Below are positions 28,177 through 37,174 of a DNA stretch of 64,000 nucleotides, piece after piece. The stretch is taken from contig JAZQRU010000013.1 in assembly GCA_045629745.1 (NCBI GenBank), positions 12,023 to 76,022 on the forward strand. The letters are read 5' to 3'. Below the pieces are notes generated by a model. That model did no database searches. It saw only the letters and a list, made by a program, of their open reading frames with translations, and was not told the origin of the DNA. This DNA is from Eubacteriales bacterium (GTDB lineage Bacteria > Bacillota > Clostridia > Oscillospirales > CAG-272). The translations under genes and the position numbers were made by a program. Position 1 is the stretch's first letter, and each line of letters starts with the position of its first letter.

Positions 28177-29241
28177 ATGAAAAAATTTAGAAGAATCGGT
28201 GTTTTGACCTCGGGCGGCGACGCTCCCGGTATGAATGCGGCTGTCAGAGCGGTTGTAAGAGCAGCTCTTGCAAACGGTGTTGAAGTGATGGGTATTTACC
28301 GCGGTTATTCAGGACTTATAAACGGTGAGATAAAACCCCTCGCTATTCGTGACGTATCCAACATAATCAACAAGGGCGGCACGGTTCTTTATTCCGATAG
28401 ATGCCCCGAATTCAAAACCGAAGAGGGTATGAAGCGCGCTCTTGAAAATTGCGAAAAATTCGGCATAGACGGCATAGTAGCCATAGGTGGCGACGGCACT
28501 TTCAGAGGTGCAATAAGCCTTACTCTTAACGGTGTTCCTTGTATAGGAATTCCCGCAACTATTGACAACGATATAACTTCAACCGATAATACCATAGGCT
28601 TCGATACCGCTATGAATACGGTAATCGAACTTGTTGATAAGCTTCGCGACACCTGCGAATCTCACGCACGCTGCAGCGTTATTGAGGTTATGGGCAGAGG
28701 CGCGGGAGATATAGCTCTTACCACCGCAATAGCTTCGGGCGCAAGCGGAGTTGTAATCCCTGAAATTCCCTTTGACGAGGACGATCTTCTCGAAAGAATG
28801 GAAAAGGCAAGAAAGCTCGGCAAGAGAAACTTTCTCGTTCTCGTTTCCGAGGGTATTGGCAGTGAGTACGGACCTGCCATTACCGAAAAAATCGAGAAGG
28901 TTACGGGAATCGAAACGCGTTTTGCAAGGCTGGCTCATATAGTAAGAGGCGGCTCTCCAACTCTTCGCGACAGAGTTATGGCTTCTATGATGGGTACGTA
29001 TGCGGTTGAAAAGCTTCTTGCGGGTGAGTCCGATATCGTAATTTGCGAAAAGGTCGGAAAGGTTGAGGGCATAGATATTAAGTTTGCTCTTATGCTTGAC
29101 CGTATGTATAAAGGTGTTCTAGAAGAGGGCGACCTTGATGAGTTCAGCGAAGAAGATGTAAAGATTATGAAGTATCTTGCGAAAAAGCGCCGCCAGGATC
29201 TTCTTGAGCTTTATGAAGTTTCAAAGAAAATAAATCTTTGA
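28177..29241 (+). CDS. pfkA: ATP-dependent 6-phosphofructokinase
   Basis: IGVLTSGGDAPGMNAA, GGDGT and PATIDND motifs. There is a ~30-aa insertion before the C-terminal helix compared with 319-aa PfkA. Confidence 0.95.
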   Translation: MKKFRRIGVLTSGGDAPGMNAAVRAVVRAALANGVEVMGIYRGYSGLINGEIKPLAIRDVSNIINKGGTVLYSDRCPEFKTEEGMKRALENCEKFGIDGIVAIGGDGTFRGAISLTLNGVPCIGIPATIDNDITSTDNTIGFDTAMNTVIELVDKLRDTCESHARCSVIEVMGRGAGDIALTTAIASGASGVVIPEIPFDEDDLLERMEKARKLGKRNFLVLVSEGIGSEYGPAITEKIEKVTGIETRFARLAHIVRGGSPTLRDRVMASMMGTYAVEKLLAGESDIVICEKVGKVEGIDIKFALMLDRMYKGVLEEGDLDEFSEEDVKIMKYLAKKRRQDLLELYEVSKKINL

Positions 29242-29246
29242 TTTTT

Positions 29247-29296
29247 AAAACACGGTTTGCCGATTCCCGAGGGCTTTTGGCAAACCGTGTTTTTTA
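29247..29296. terminator. bidirectional terminator
   Basis: AAAACACGGTTTGCC-loop-GGCAAACCGTGTTTTTT, a 12-bp perfect stem. Confidence 0.85.
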
Positions 29297-29485
29297 TTCG
29301 CAGCTATAGACGGGAGCTTCGCACGCATTATTCTTGTGAAGCGCACTTTTCATTTTTTGAACAGAGCTTGAAATCATTTCTTTTCCGCGGTTTTTTATAC
29401 TCATAAAGCCGACGACTGCAAGTGCGCCTACCGTAAGACCTAAAACGGTAGGCAGTTTTTTTCGTTCTGATTTTCTGAACAACAT
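29294..29485 (-). CDS. small hypothetical membrane protein (63 aa)
   Basis: MLFRKSERKKLPTVLGLTVGALAVVGFMSI... has one TM helix. RBS AAAGGAT lies upstream of the internal ATG 29485. Confidence 0.4.
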   Translation of the reverse strand: MLFRKSERKKLPTVLGLTVGALAVVGFMSIKNRGKEMISSSVQKMKSALHKNNACEAPVYSCE

Positions 29486-29606
29486 AAAGTATCCTTTCTC
29501 GTTTTTCTTAGTATGCGCGCAGTTCAGAAAAATATTTGCGTCGGTTGACAAAAAAATTCAAGTAGTGTAAAATATACTTATAAATTATTTTTGAAACGGA
29601 TTTTAT

Positions 29607-31349
29607 ATGATAGTTTGTAAAAAATGCGCTCACGAAGCTCTCATTGCAACGGAATGCTGTCAAAGATGCGGAGCAAATATAGAGCTTAGCGGAAGAGAAG
29701 TTTCTGAATACCTTGAAAAGCTTGACGTGGCGAAGCGGAGAAGGGAATACGAGGCGTCGGTTGAATATTCCAAAATTCTTGCTTGGGCAGGACACACCGA
29801 GAGCGAGAGGGAATACGGAAGAATGCTTGAGATGGGCAACCTCGTTGAAAGAAATTACGACGAGGCTATGCGCTTTTATTACCGTGCAGCGAAAAAGCAC
29901 GATGCCTATTCGGCATACCGTTATTCGCGCCTTGTGTCAAGAGCTAACGAAAAGCAAGGAGAGCTTTGGCTTCTTTACTCCGCGCTTCTCGGCTGCCCTG
30001 ACGCTTATCCCGATGCGGCGAAGCTTCTTTCAAAGGAATGCTTTGAGGACGACGCTAATCATTTTTATATTCTTTCCGCGAAGCACGACCACGTGGATTC
30101 TATAGTTGAAATGGCAAACCGATACTATAAGGGAATAGGCGTTGCCGCGTCGGCGCCGTATGCGAAGTGGTATATGGAAAAGCTGAGAATACCACCGCTT
30201 TATGCGGTAAAACTCGCATACAAGCTTAAAGGTGTGAAATCCGAAGAGCCTAAAAGCGAAATTTACGATAAAGAGCCTCTTCTTAAGCGTCTGATTTCCA
30301 ACGCATTAAAGCTTGATGCAAAGGAAGTTTATTTCAAACTCACCGAAATGCTTGCGGAGCTTGAAAACGTTGAGGCTATGACGGTGCTTGGCACTTTGCT
30401 TGTCGACGGAATTGGATGCGAACCAGATATTGACGACGCCATAACCGTATTTACGAGAGCTGCGGTTTTAGGCTCTGCGGATGCTTACGTTTGTCTCGCT
30501 AAGATTTTCCTTTCCGACGATTTCGGAGGAAAATCGCCCGAGCTTGCCATTCGTTATCTTGAGGGGGCACGGAAGATTGGTTCCCCGGATGCCATATTTA
30601 TGCTTGGCGAAATTTATGAGGCAGGCGCTTTGTGTGAAAGAGATTTCAAAAAAGCAGAAGCTTGCTTTTCCGAAGCGGGAGCGCTTGGAATGAGAGAAGC
30701 AGAGGAGCGCCTTGAGAAAATTATAAATACAAGGAATAAATTTTTCGCAGACGGAAATGCGAATAGAAAAACAGCGCCCGAAAAAGCCTTTAAGGCTTAT
30801 GCAATTGCAACGGCAATGGGGCATAAGGATGCGCCGATAAAGCTTGCTGACGCTTATCTTAAAGGCGAGGGCACGGAGCGAGACCGACATTCTGCGTTTT
30901 ATTGGTATTCTGAGGCGGTAAAGCTTGGCGACGATAATGCACTATATCCCCTTGGCCTTTGCTATGCGTCTGGAGTTGGAGTTAACAGAAGCTTCAAGCT
31001 TGCAAAGGACACTCTCACGAAGGCGGCAAGGCTTGGCTCAGAGGGCGCAAAGCGCGCTTTAAAGTCTTTGTACGAGGCTAAAAAAAAGAAGCTCGCAAAG
31101 AGCTTTTATTCAAAAGCAATGCGCCAGCTTTATAAGAAAAAATTTGCAGCGGCACGAGTTTCGCTTGAATGCTCGGGCGAGCTTGGAAACATTAAAGCCT
31201 ATTATATTCTCGCCTGCCTGTATGAATTTTGTGCGGATATTGACAGCGACCGTGAAATAGCTAGAAAATACTATAAAATGGCTCTTAACGGTGGATTCGT
31301 TGACAAAGATTCGGGGTATAAAAAGCTGGTTTTGAGGCTTATAAGATAA
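29607..31349 (+). CDS. Sel1-like (SLR/TPR) repeat protein with N-terminal zinc-ribbon
   Basis: CKKC...CQRCG at the N-terminus. Many Sel1 repeats follow (A..YY.KAA..G...A.Y.LG..Y..G.GV). Confidence 0.8.
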   Translation: MIVCKKCAHEALIATECCQRCGANIELSGREVSEYLEKLDVAKRRREYEASVEYSKILAWAGHTESEREYGRMLEMGNLVERNYDEAMRFYYRAAKKHDAYSAYRYSRLVSRANEKQGELWLLYSALLGCPDAYPDAAKLLSKECFEDDANHFYILSAKHDHVDSIVEMANRYYKGIGVAASAPYAKWYMEKLRIPPLYAVKLAYKLKGVKSEEPKSEIYDKEPLLKRLISNALKLDAKEVYFKLTEMLAELENVEAMTVLGTLLVDGIGCEPDIDDAITVFTRAAVLGSADAYVCLAKIFLSDDFGGKSPELAIRYLEGARKIGSPDAIFMLGEIYEAGALCERDFKKAEACFSEAGALGMREAEERLEKIINTRNKFFADGNANRKTAPEKAFKAYAIATAMGHKDAPIKLADAYLKGEGTERDRHSAFYWYSEAVKLGDDNALYPLGLCYASGVGVNRSFKLAKDTLTKAARLGSEGAKRALKSLYEAKKKKLAKSFYSKAMRQLYKKKFAAARVSLECSGELGNIKAYYILACLYEFCADIDSDREIARKYYKMALNGGFVDKDSGYKKLVLRLIR

Positions 31350-31461
31350 TTTTTTGAAAACGTATTGACAAATGTGTTTTGCAATTCTGGGATTGGGTTA
31401 TAACGTTTTACTTTTAACCTAAATCTTAAAAATAACCTAATTAAATAAAAGGTCCGGAAAA

Positions 31462-31728
31462 GTGTATCTCAAAATACCGAAAATAAACAAGATTGGAACT
31501 ATGGATTGCAATAACATTATTGAAACCGCTTCTATAGTATTAAAGACGAGCTTTATTGCTTTGAGGCTTAAGAAGAAAGAGCTTTGCTTTATGGAGCTTT
31601 GCGAATATTTCGGTGGAATTCTTATCTGCTATAGCCTGTGCAACCGGCGTGGACACGAATTTTGGGCAGAGTCTTGGTATGAAAGCCCTGTGCACGATTT
31701 TCTCAGAAGACTCTTTAAGGTGTTGTAA
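31462..31728 (+). CDS. hypothetical protein (start uncertain)
   Basis: Open frame followed by a strong terminator. No recognisable motif and weak RBS options. Confidence 0.3.
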   Translation: MYLKIPKINKIGTMDCNNIIETASIVLKTSFIALRLKKKELCFMELCEYFGGILICYSLCNRRGHEFWAESWYESPVHDFLRRLFKVL

Positions 31729-31734
31729 TATAAA

Positions 31735-31772
31735 AGAGAAGACAAGGCAGATGCCAAGTCTTCTCTTTTTTT
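31735..31772. terminator. bidirectional terminator
   Basis: AGAGAAGAC-loop-GTCTTCTCT followed by TTTTTT, with an A-run on the other side. Confidence 0.8.
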
Positions 31773-31781
31773 GATTTGTGT

Positions 31782-33152
31782 TTAGTTGCTTACTGCGATT
31801 TCACGTGCTACGTGCACTCCGCTTGCGCTTGCGTGCGAGAGGGAGTGCGTTATACCGCTTCCGTCACCGATTATATAAAGGCCCTTGTGGCAAGATTCGA
31901 GTTTTTCGTTAACGTCAACTTCCATATTGTAGAATTTAACCTCTACGCCGTAAAGTAGGGTGTCGTCGTTTGCCGTGCCCGGTGCGATTTTGTCGAGCGC
32001 ATAAATCATTTCTATAATTCCGTCGAGAATTCTCTTGGGAAGAACGAGGCTTAGGTCGCCGGGAGTTGCCTTCAGAGTCGGGGATATAAAAGCTTCCTCT
32101 ATCCTTGACGGAGTGGAACGGTGACCTGTTACGAGGTCGCCGAAGCGCTGCACTATAACGCCGCCGCCGAGCATATTGCTGTGGCGGGCTATGGATTCGC
32201 CGTAGCCGTTGGAGTCTTTAAAGGGCTCGGAGAAATGCTTTGCAACCAAGAGCGCGAAATTCGTGTTTTCGGTTTGCTTTTTTGGATCTTCATAGCTGTG
32301 TCCATTTACAGTTATAATTCCGTTTGTGTTTTCGTTTACTACCGCGCCCTTGGGATTCATACAGAAAGTACGGACTCTGTCACCGTATTTTTGCGTGCGG
32401 TAAACAATTTTACTTTCATAAAGCTCGTCGGTTAAGTGCGAGAATACTTCTGCGGGAAGCTCAACGCGCACACCGATGTCAACGCGGTTGGATTTTGTCG
32501 ATATATTTAACTCGCGCGAAACCTTTTCCATCCACTTACTTCCGCTTCTTCCGACGGAAATAATGCATTTTTTCGAGCTATAGCTCGCGTCTTTTGTTTT
32601 TATTTCGTATCCGTCGTCTGTTTTTAAAACGCTTTCAACGGGTGTATCGAAGAAGAACTCTACCTTGTTCTTGAGCTCGTCATAGATGTTTCCAAGAACT
32701 ACGTAGTTTATATCGGTTCCAAGGTGGCGAACCGAAGCGTCGAGGAGGTGCAAGTCGTGTCTTATGCATTCCTTTTTGAATTTTGAGCCTGCGGTAGAAT
32801 AAAGCCTTGTGCCCTCGCCGCCGTAGCGCATATTTATTTCGTCAACGTAGCGCATAAGCTCAAGAGCTTTTTTCTTTCCTATATATTCGTGGAGTGTGCC
32901 GCCAAAATCATTGGTAATATTATATTTTCCGTCGGAAAAAGCGCCTGCGCCGCCGAATCCCGACATAATTGAACAGCTCTTGCAGTTTATACAGCTCTTA
33001 ATCTTTTCGCCGTCAATCGGGCAACGTCTTTTATCAAGGGAATGCCCTGCTTCAAAAACGGCAATCTTAAGCTCAGGCTTAAGCGAGGAAAGCTCAAGTG
33101 CGGAGAAAATACCTCCGGGACCTGCGCCTATAATTATAACGTCGTAATTCAT
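31782..33152 (-). CDS. FAD-dependent oxidoreductase (COG2509-like NAD(FAD)-utilizing dehydrogenase)
   Basis: YDVIIIGAGPGGIFSA dinucleotide-binding motif and C-terminal GDGSG motif. 456 aa. Confidence 0.7.
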   Translation of the reverse strand: MNYDVIIIGAGPGGIFSALELSSLKPELKIAVFEAGHSLDKRRCPIDGEKIKSCINCKSCSIMSGFGGAGAFSDGKYNITNDFGGTLHEYIGKKKALELMRYVDEINMRYGGEGTRLYSTAGSKFKKECIRHDLHLLDASVRHLGTDINYVVLGNIYDELKNKVEFFFDTPVESVLKTDDGYEIKTKDASYSSKKCIISVGRSGSKWMEKVSRELNISTKSNRVDIGVRVELPAEVFSHLTDELYESKIVYRTQKYGDRVRTFCMNPKGAVVNENTNGIITVNGHSYEDPKKQTENTNFALLVAKHFSEPFKDSNGYGESIARHSNMLGGGVIVQRFGDLVTGHRSTPSRIEEAFISPTLKATPGDLSLVLPKRILDGIIEMIYALDKIAPGTANDDTLLYGVEVKFYNMEVDVNEKLESCHKGLYIIGDGSGITHSLSHASASGVHVAREIAVSN

Positions 33153-33175
33153 AGCGTATCTCCTGTTCTTGTAAT

Positions 33176-34165
33176 TTATTCGTTTTCTCTTATAAGTGTT
33201 TCTATTGCTTCGGCAATTTCCGTGTAGCTCTCGGCACGGTTTAGCTTTGCGCGGAATGCCGCAGCTCCTCTGAATGAGTGAAAATACTGAGCAATACTTC
33301 CGCGTGCCTCGTGAATGGCAACTCCCTCGCCCTTATCCTCTGCTGCAAGCCTGAGCTGCAGTAGCGCAGCCTCGGCTCTTTCGGCGAGGGTTGGGGGCGT
33401 GTAACTTTTTTTGGCAAGAGCTGACGTGATTTCTTTAAAAATAAACGGATTCCCTATAGCGCCGCGGCCTATCATAATTCCGTCGGAGCCCGTGTCGCAA
33501 AGCACGCGAATAGCTTTTTCCGCACTTGTTATATCGCCGTTGGCAACGACGGGAATATGTAAACTGTTCTTGACGTTTTTGATTTCTTCGTATTTTGCCT
33601 CACCGGAATACTGCTGCTGGCGCGTTCTTCCGTGTATAACAACAAGTGAAGCGCCTGCCGCCTCTGCGCGACGAGCACATTCAAGAACGTTTATGCTTTT
33701 TTCGTCAACGCCGAGTCTTAATTTTACCGTTACGGGAAGCGAAGCGGCTTTGACGGTTGCGGAAACGATTTTTTCAATAAGCGCAGGGTTTTGCATAAGT
33801 GCCGAGCCCTCACCATTTTTGAATATTTTGGGCACGGGACATCCCATATTTATATCTATTGCCCGAGGGCGCACACCGCCAAAAGCACCGCTTGAGATTA
33901 TTCTTGCCGACTCTGCCATAATTTCAGGCTCGCTTCCGAAAATCTGCACTGCCGTCGGAGCTTCGTCGCGTTCAATATAAAGGAGCTTGGCAGTTTTTTT
34001 ATCACCGTAGACTATCGCCTTGGCACTTACCATTTCTGTGGTAGTGTATTCTGCCCCGTATTTCTTTGAAAGAAGGCGCATTGCTCTGTCGGAAAAGCCT
34101 GCCATAGGCGCGAGCATAAGTCCGTATTTAAGGCTAAGGTCGCCAATTTTAAGAGCTTTTTCCAA
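33176..34165 (-). CDS. dusB: tRNA-dihydrouridine synthase
   Basis: LAPMAGFSD, IDINMGCP and HGRTRQQ motifs. Confidence 0.92.
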   Translation of the reverse strand: MEKALKIGDLSLKYGLMLAPMAGFSDRAMRLLSKKYGAEYTTTEMVSAKAIVYGDKKTAKLLYIERDEAPTAVQIFGSEPEIMAESARIISSGAFGGVRPRAIDINMGCPVPKIFKNGEGSALMQNPALIEKIVSATVKAASLPVTVKLRLGVDEKSINVLECARRAEAAGASLVVIHGRTRQQQYSGEAKYEEIKNVKNSLHIPVVANGDITSAEKAIRVLCDTGSDGIMIGRGAIGNPFIFKEITSALAKKSYTPPTLAERAEAALLQLRLAAEDKGEGVAIHEARGSIAQYFHSFRGAAAFRAKLNRAESYTEIAEAIETLIRENE

Positions 34166-34249
34166 AAAGACACCTCCGTTCCCTCATAAATTGTAACACA
34201 AAAGATGAAAATTGGCAAGACATATTTTTAAATTATTATTATCTTTCTA

Positions 34250-34278
34250 TTTACAAAGCTCGCAATTTCTGCTAAAAT
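34250..34278 (+). promoter_or_regulatory. sigma-A promoter of the fucU-remnant/nuclease/ppa gene string
   Basis: TTTACA, 17-nt spacer, TAAAAT (34273-34278). AGGAG RBS before ATG 34312. Confidence 0.55.
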
Positions 34279-34311
34279 AAAATTATAAAAACAAAATTTT
34301 AGGAGCGAATA

Positions 34312-34562
34312 ATGCTTCAAGGTATTCCGAAAATTCTTTCACCAGCGCTTTTAAAGCTTCTTTGTGAAATTGAGCGCGGTGACAGAATTGTTATAGGTGA
34401 CGGAATTTTTCTTGCAGAAAGTATGGGGCGCGACGCTGATGCCGAAGGCGAGATTGACCGATTCGATTTTTATTATGAAGCGAAAAAGCGCTATGCCATA
34501 ATTTCAACGGACGAGGGGATACTTATGCCAATATTATGATTCAGAAGGGAATTGTTGCGTGA
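34312..34562 (+). pseudogene. decayed RbsD/FucU-family (mutarotase/pyranase) gene: internal deletion plus frameshift
   Basis: The N-terminus MLQGIPKILSPALLKLLCEIERGD and the segment IDRFDFYYEAKKRYAIISTDEG match family ends, but about 60 central residues are missing. The family C-terminus DTYANIMIQKGIVA* is in the -1 frame (stop 34560-34562), with the shift at the GGGG run 34515-34518. Confidence 0.6.
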
Positions 34563-34969
34563 GGCTTGTAATTTGTATTGACGACAGAGGCGGAATGGTT
34601 TTCAACAAAAGACGCGTTAGTCGCGATAAGCTTATGATTTCCGACCTTTGCGAATATATCGGAGATAACACTCTTTTTATAGAGCCTTATTCCGAGGAGC
34701 TTTTTTCCGAGGTGAGCCTTAATATAATTGTTTCGGAAAAATCTTTAAAATTTGCGGCAGACGACGACTTTGTTTTTGTTGAAAGAGAAGAGCCTACGCC
34801 CTATTTGGCGGCAGCAGGGGAAGTCGTTATATATAAGTGGAACAGACGTTATCCTTTTGATATGGCGCTAAAGACTTCTCCCGCCGAGCTTGGATTTAAG
34901 CTTGAATCGGTTTTTGAATTCAAGGGGAATGCACACGATAAAATAACAAGAGAGGTTTATAAAAAATGA
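34559..34969 (+). CDS. hypothetical protein (136 aa), possibly DHFR/RibD_C-like fold
   Basis: GTG start in a GTGA overlap with the shifted fucU stop. The stop overlaps the nuclease ATG (ATGA). MRLVICIDDRGGMVFNKRR...VVIYKWNRRYPFD is reminiscent of the DHFR-fold pattern, by weak inference only. Confidence 0.6.
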   Translation: MRLVICIDDRGGMVFNKRRVSRDKLMISDLCEYIGDNTLFIEPYSEELFSEVSLNIIVSEKSLKFAADDDFVFVEREEPTPYLAAAGEVVIYKWNRRYPFDMALKTSPAELGFKLESVFEFKGNAHDKITREVYKK

Positions 34970-35877
34970 AAAAAAGAGCTATAACGCTTGTTGCTTTGCT
35001 TCTTTCGTTTGCGCTTTGCTTTTCACTAAGCTCCTGTCTTGATTTTTTGAATGCTGAAAACGAAAGCTTCTCTCTTGATTCCGTTCCTGATTTTGACGGA
35101 ACGCGCGCTTACGTAGTAATAAATGAAAACAAACCGTTTTTTACCGAGAGTGAAATCGTGTCGGACTCTTACGAGAAATATGCCACGCTTGATTATCTTG
35201 GAAGATGCGGAGTTGCCATATCTTGCGTCGGTAAGGATATTATGCCGACGGAGGACAGAGGAAGCATAGGACAGGTTAAGCCAAGCGGTTGGCACACTGT
35301 AAAATACGATATAGTTGACGGAAAATATTTGTATAACCGTTGCCATCTTATCGGCTATCAGCTCACGGGCGAGAATGCAAATAAGGGAAATCTTATAACG
35401 GGAACGCGTTATCTCAATATCGAAGGAATGCTTGTCTTTGAAAATATGATAGCGGACTACGTTAAGGACACGGGAAACCACGTTATGTATAGAGTAAGCC
35501 CGATTTTCAAGGATGCTAACCTTCTTGCAAGCGGTGTTCTTATGGAAGCTTATTCCGTTGAGGATAGCGGCGCGGGAATTGAATTTTGCGTTTATGCATA
35601 TAACGCGCAACCCGGCGTTGTAATCGATTATAAAACCGGTAATAGCGCGCTTTCGGGGGAAGAAATCAAGCCCGATGATAACGAGGGGGGCGACGTGCCC
35701 GACGACGTTGAGGGTGAAACTGAGCTTTATATTCTTAACACCGGCAGCAAGAAATTTCACAAAAACGACTGTGGCAGCGCGGCATCGATATCCGAGGCTA
35801 ACCGCGATGAGCGCGAAACCACGCGCGAAGCTTTGATAGAGGACGGGTATACACCGTGCGGCGCTTGTAAGCCATAG
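34966..35877 (+). CDS. DNA/RNA non-specific endonuclease (DNA-entry-nuclease-like) lipoprotein
   Basis: Lipobox LSSC. Core DRGSIGQVKPSGWH...YNRCHLIGYQLTGENANKGNLITGTRYLN. C-terminal FHKNDC...GYTPCGACKP Cys motif. Confidence 0.8.
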   Translation: MKKRAITLVALLLSFALCFSLSSCLDFLNAENESFSLDSVPDFDGTRAYVVINENKPFFTESEIVSDSYEKYATLDYLGRCGVAISCVGKDIMPTEDRGSIGQVKPSGWHTVKYDIVDGKYLYNRCHLIGYQLTGENANKGNLITGTRYLNIEGMLVFENMIADYVKDTGNHVMYRVSPIFKDANLLASGVLMEAYSVEDSGAGIEFCVYAYNAQPGVVIDYKTGNSALSGEEIKPDDNEGGDVPDDVEGETELYILNTGSKKFHKNDCGSAASISEANRDERETTREALIEDGYTPCGACKP

Positions 35878-35894
35878 TTTAAAGGAGATAAAAT

Positions 35895-36425
35895 ATGAAT
35901 CCATGGCACGCTTTTTCGGACGATAGGATAAAAAGAGAAAACTTCGTTGCGGTTATAGAAATACCGAAGGGAAGTAAAAATAAATACGAGCTTGACAAAG
36001 ACAGCGGTATGTTGAGGCTTGACAGAATTCTGTACACCTCGACGCACTATCCCGCAAATTACGGATTTATTCCGAAAACACTTTCTGAAGACGGAGATCC
36101 GCTTGACGTTCTTGTGCTTTGCCAAGAGGAGCTTGCGCCTATGTCTATCGTTGAGTGTTATCCGATAGGAATGATAAATATGATAGACGAGGACAAGGCG
36201 GACGAAAAAATCATTGCAATTCCTATGAATGATCCGTTTTTGAACAACTATAGCGATATTTCGGAGCTTCCTCAACATCAGTTCCAGGAGATAAAGCATT
36301 TCTTCGAGGTTTATAAATTCCTCGAAAAGAAAACCACATACGTTGATACCATAAAAGACCGTAAATCTGCGGAAGATGCTATCGATAAATGTAAGGCGGC
36401 GTATAATAAAAAATTCGGAAAATAA
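35895..36425 (+). CDS. ppa: inorganic pyrophosphatase (family I)
   Basis: [15 protein letters not shown]...YPANYGFIP...[10 protein letters not shown] signature. Confidence 0.95.
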   Translation: MNPWHAFSDDRIKRENFVAVIEIPKGSKNKYELDKDSGMLRLDRILYTSTHYPANYGFIPKTLSEDGDPLDVLVLCQEELAPMSIVECYPIGMINMIDEDKADEKIIAIPMNDPFLNNYSDISELPQHQFQEIKHFFEVYKFLEKKTTYVDTIKDRKSAEDAIDKCKAAYNKKFGK

Positions 36426-36435
36426 AGGAATCGGT

Positions 36436-36636
36436 ATGGCAAAAAAGGAAAAAAGATTTATCAAGATTCATTCCGAGGGACTCGGAAGCATTGAAATCTT
36501 GGTAGACAAGAAAACAGGAGTTAATTATTTATTTAAATCCTCTGGCTATGCGGGCGGTCTTTGCCCCTTGCTTGATGCCGAGGGAAATCCCGTAATTACT
36601 CCCATAAATCAGGAAGAAAAAGGATTTTTCGACTAA
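36436..36636 (+). CDS. small conserved protein (66 aa, DUF6440-like)
   Basis: Internal ATG 36436 with RBS AAAGGAA. KRF...ILVDKKTGVNYLF...GGLCPLLDAEGNPV pattern. The family name is from memory. Confidence 0.5.
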   Translation: MAKKEKRFIKIHSEGLGSIEILVDKKTGVNYLFKSSGYAGGLCPLLDAEGNPVITPINQEEKGFFD

Positions 36637-36639
36637 TTG

Positions 36640-36695
36640 TTGACAAATGAGAAACTTTGTGCTATAATAGCACTTGTTGATTTGTCAACAAGTGC
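36640..36695 (+). promoter_or_regulatory. consensus sigma-A promoter plus perfect palindromic operator (MarR site candidate)
   Basis: TTGACA (36640-36645), 17-nt spacer, TATAAT (36663-36668). Immediately after comes GCACTTGTTGA-tttg-TCAACAAGTGC (36670-36695), a perfect 11-bp inverted repeat. Confidence 0.7.
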
Positions 36696-36712
36696 TAAAA
36701 GGAGCGTACCAA

Positions 36713-37174
36713 GTGGAAAGATTTAAGACTTTCACGGTTTTGATGGCGAAAATAAGTCGAAGTATCAGAAAAATCAAAAACGAAGAAATGACTGAATTAG
36801 GCTTGAAAAGCCCTCACGTTTCCTGTCTTTATTATCTTTACAAGGAAGAGAGCTTAACTGCGAAAGAGCTTTCCGACATATGTGATGAGGATAAGGCGGC
36901 TATTTCGAGGTCGATTCTTACGCTTGAAAAGCTTGGATATCTTTCTTGTGAATCGGAAAGTAAAAAACGTTACAAAGCGCCGCTTGTTTTGACTGAGCAA
37001 GGCAGGGTGGTTGCAAAAAAGATTGCCGAAAAAATAGATTCGGTGCTCGATTTTGTCAGTGACGCTATTTTAGAGGACGAAAGAGCAAAATTCTACGAAA
37101 ATCTTAACTCAGTTTGTGAGAATCTTCAGAAATTTTGCGAAAAATACAATGATCTCGAAAGGACAAAACTATGA
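36713..37174 (+). CDS. MarR-family transcriptional regulator
   Basis: GTG 36713 lies 8 nt after AAAGGAG. Winged-helix segment LTAKELSDICDEDKAAISRSILTLEKLGYL. Confidence 0.85.
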   Translation: MERFKTFTVLMAKISRSIRKIKNEEMTELGLKSPHVSCLYYLYKEESLTAKELSDICDEDKAAISRSILTLEKLGYLSCESESKKRYKAPLVLTEQGRVVAKKIAEKIDSVLDFVSDAILEDERAKFYENLNSVCENLQKFCEKYNDLERTKL

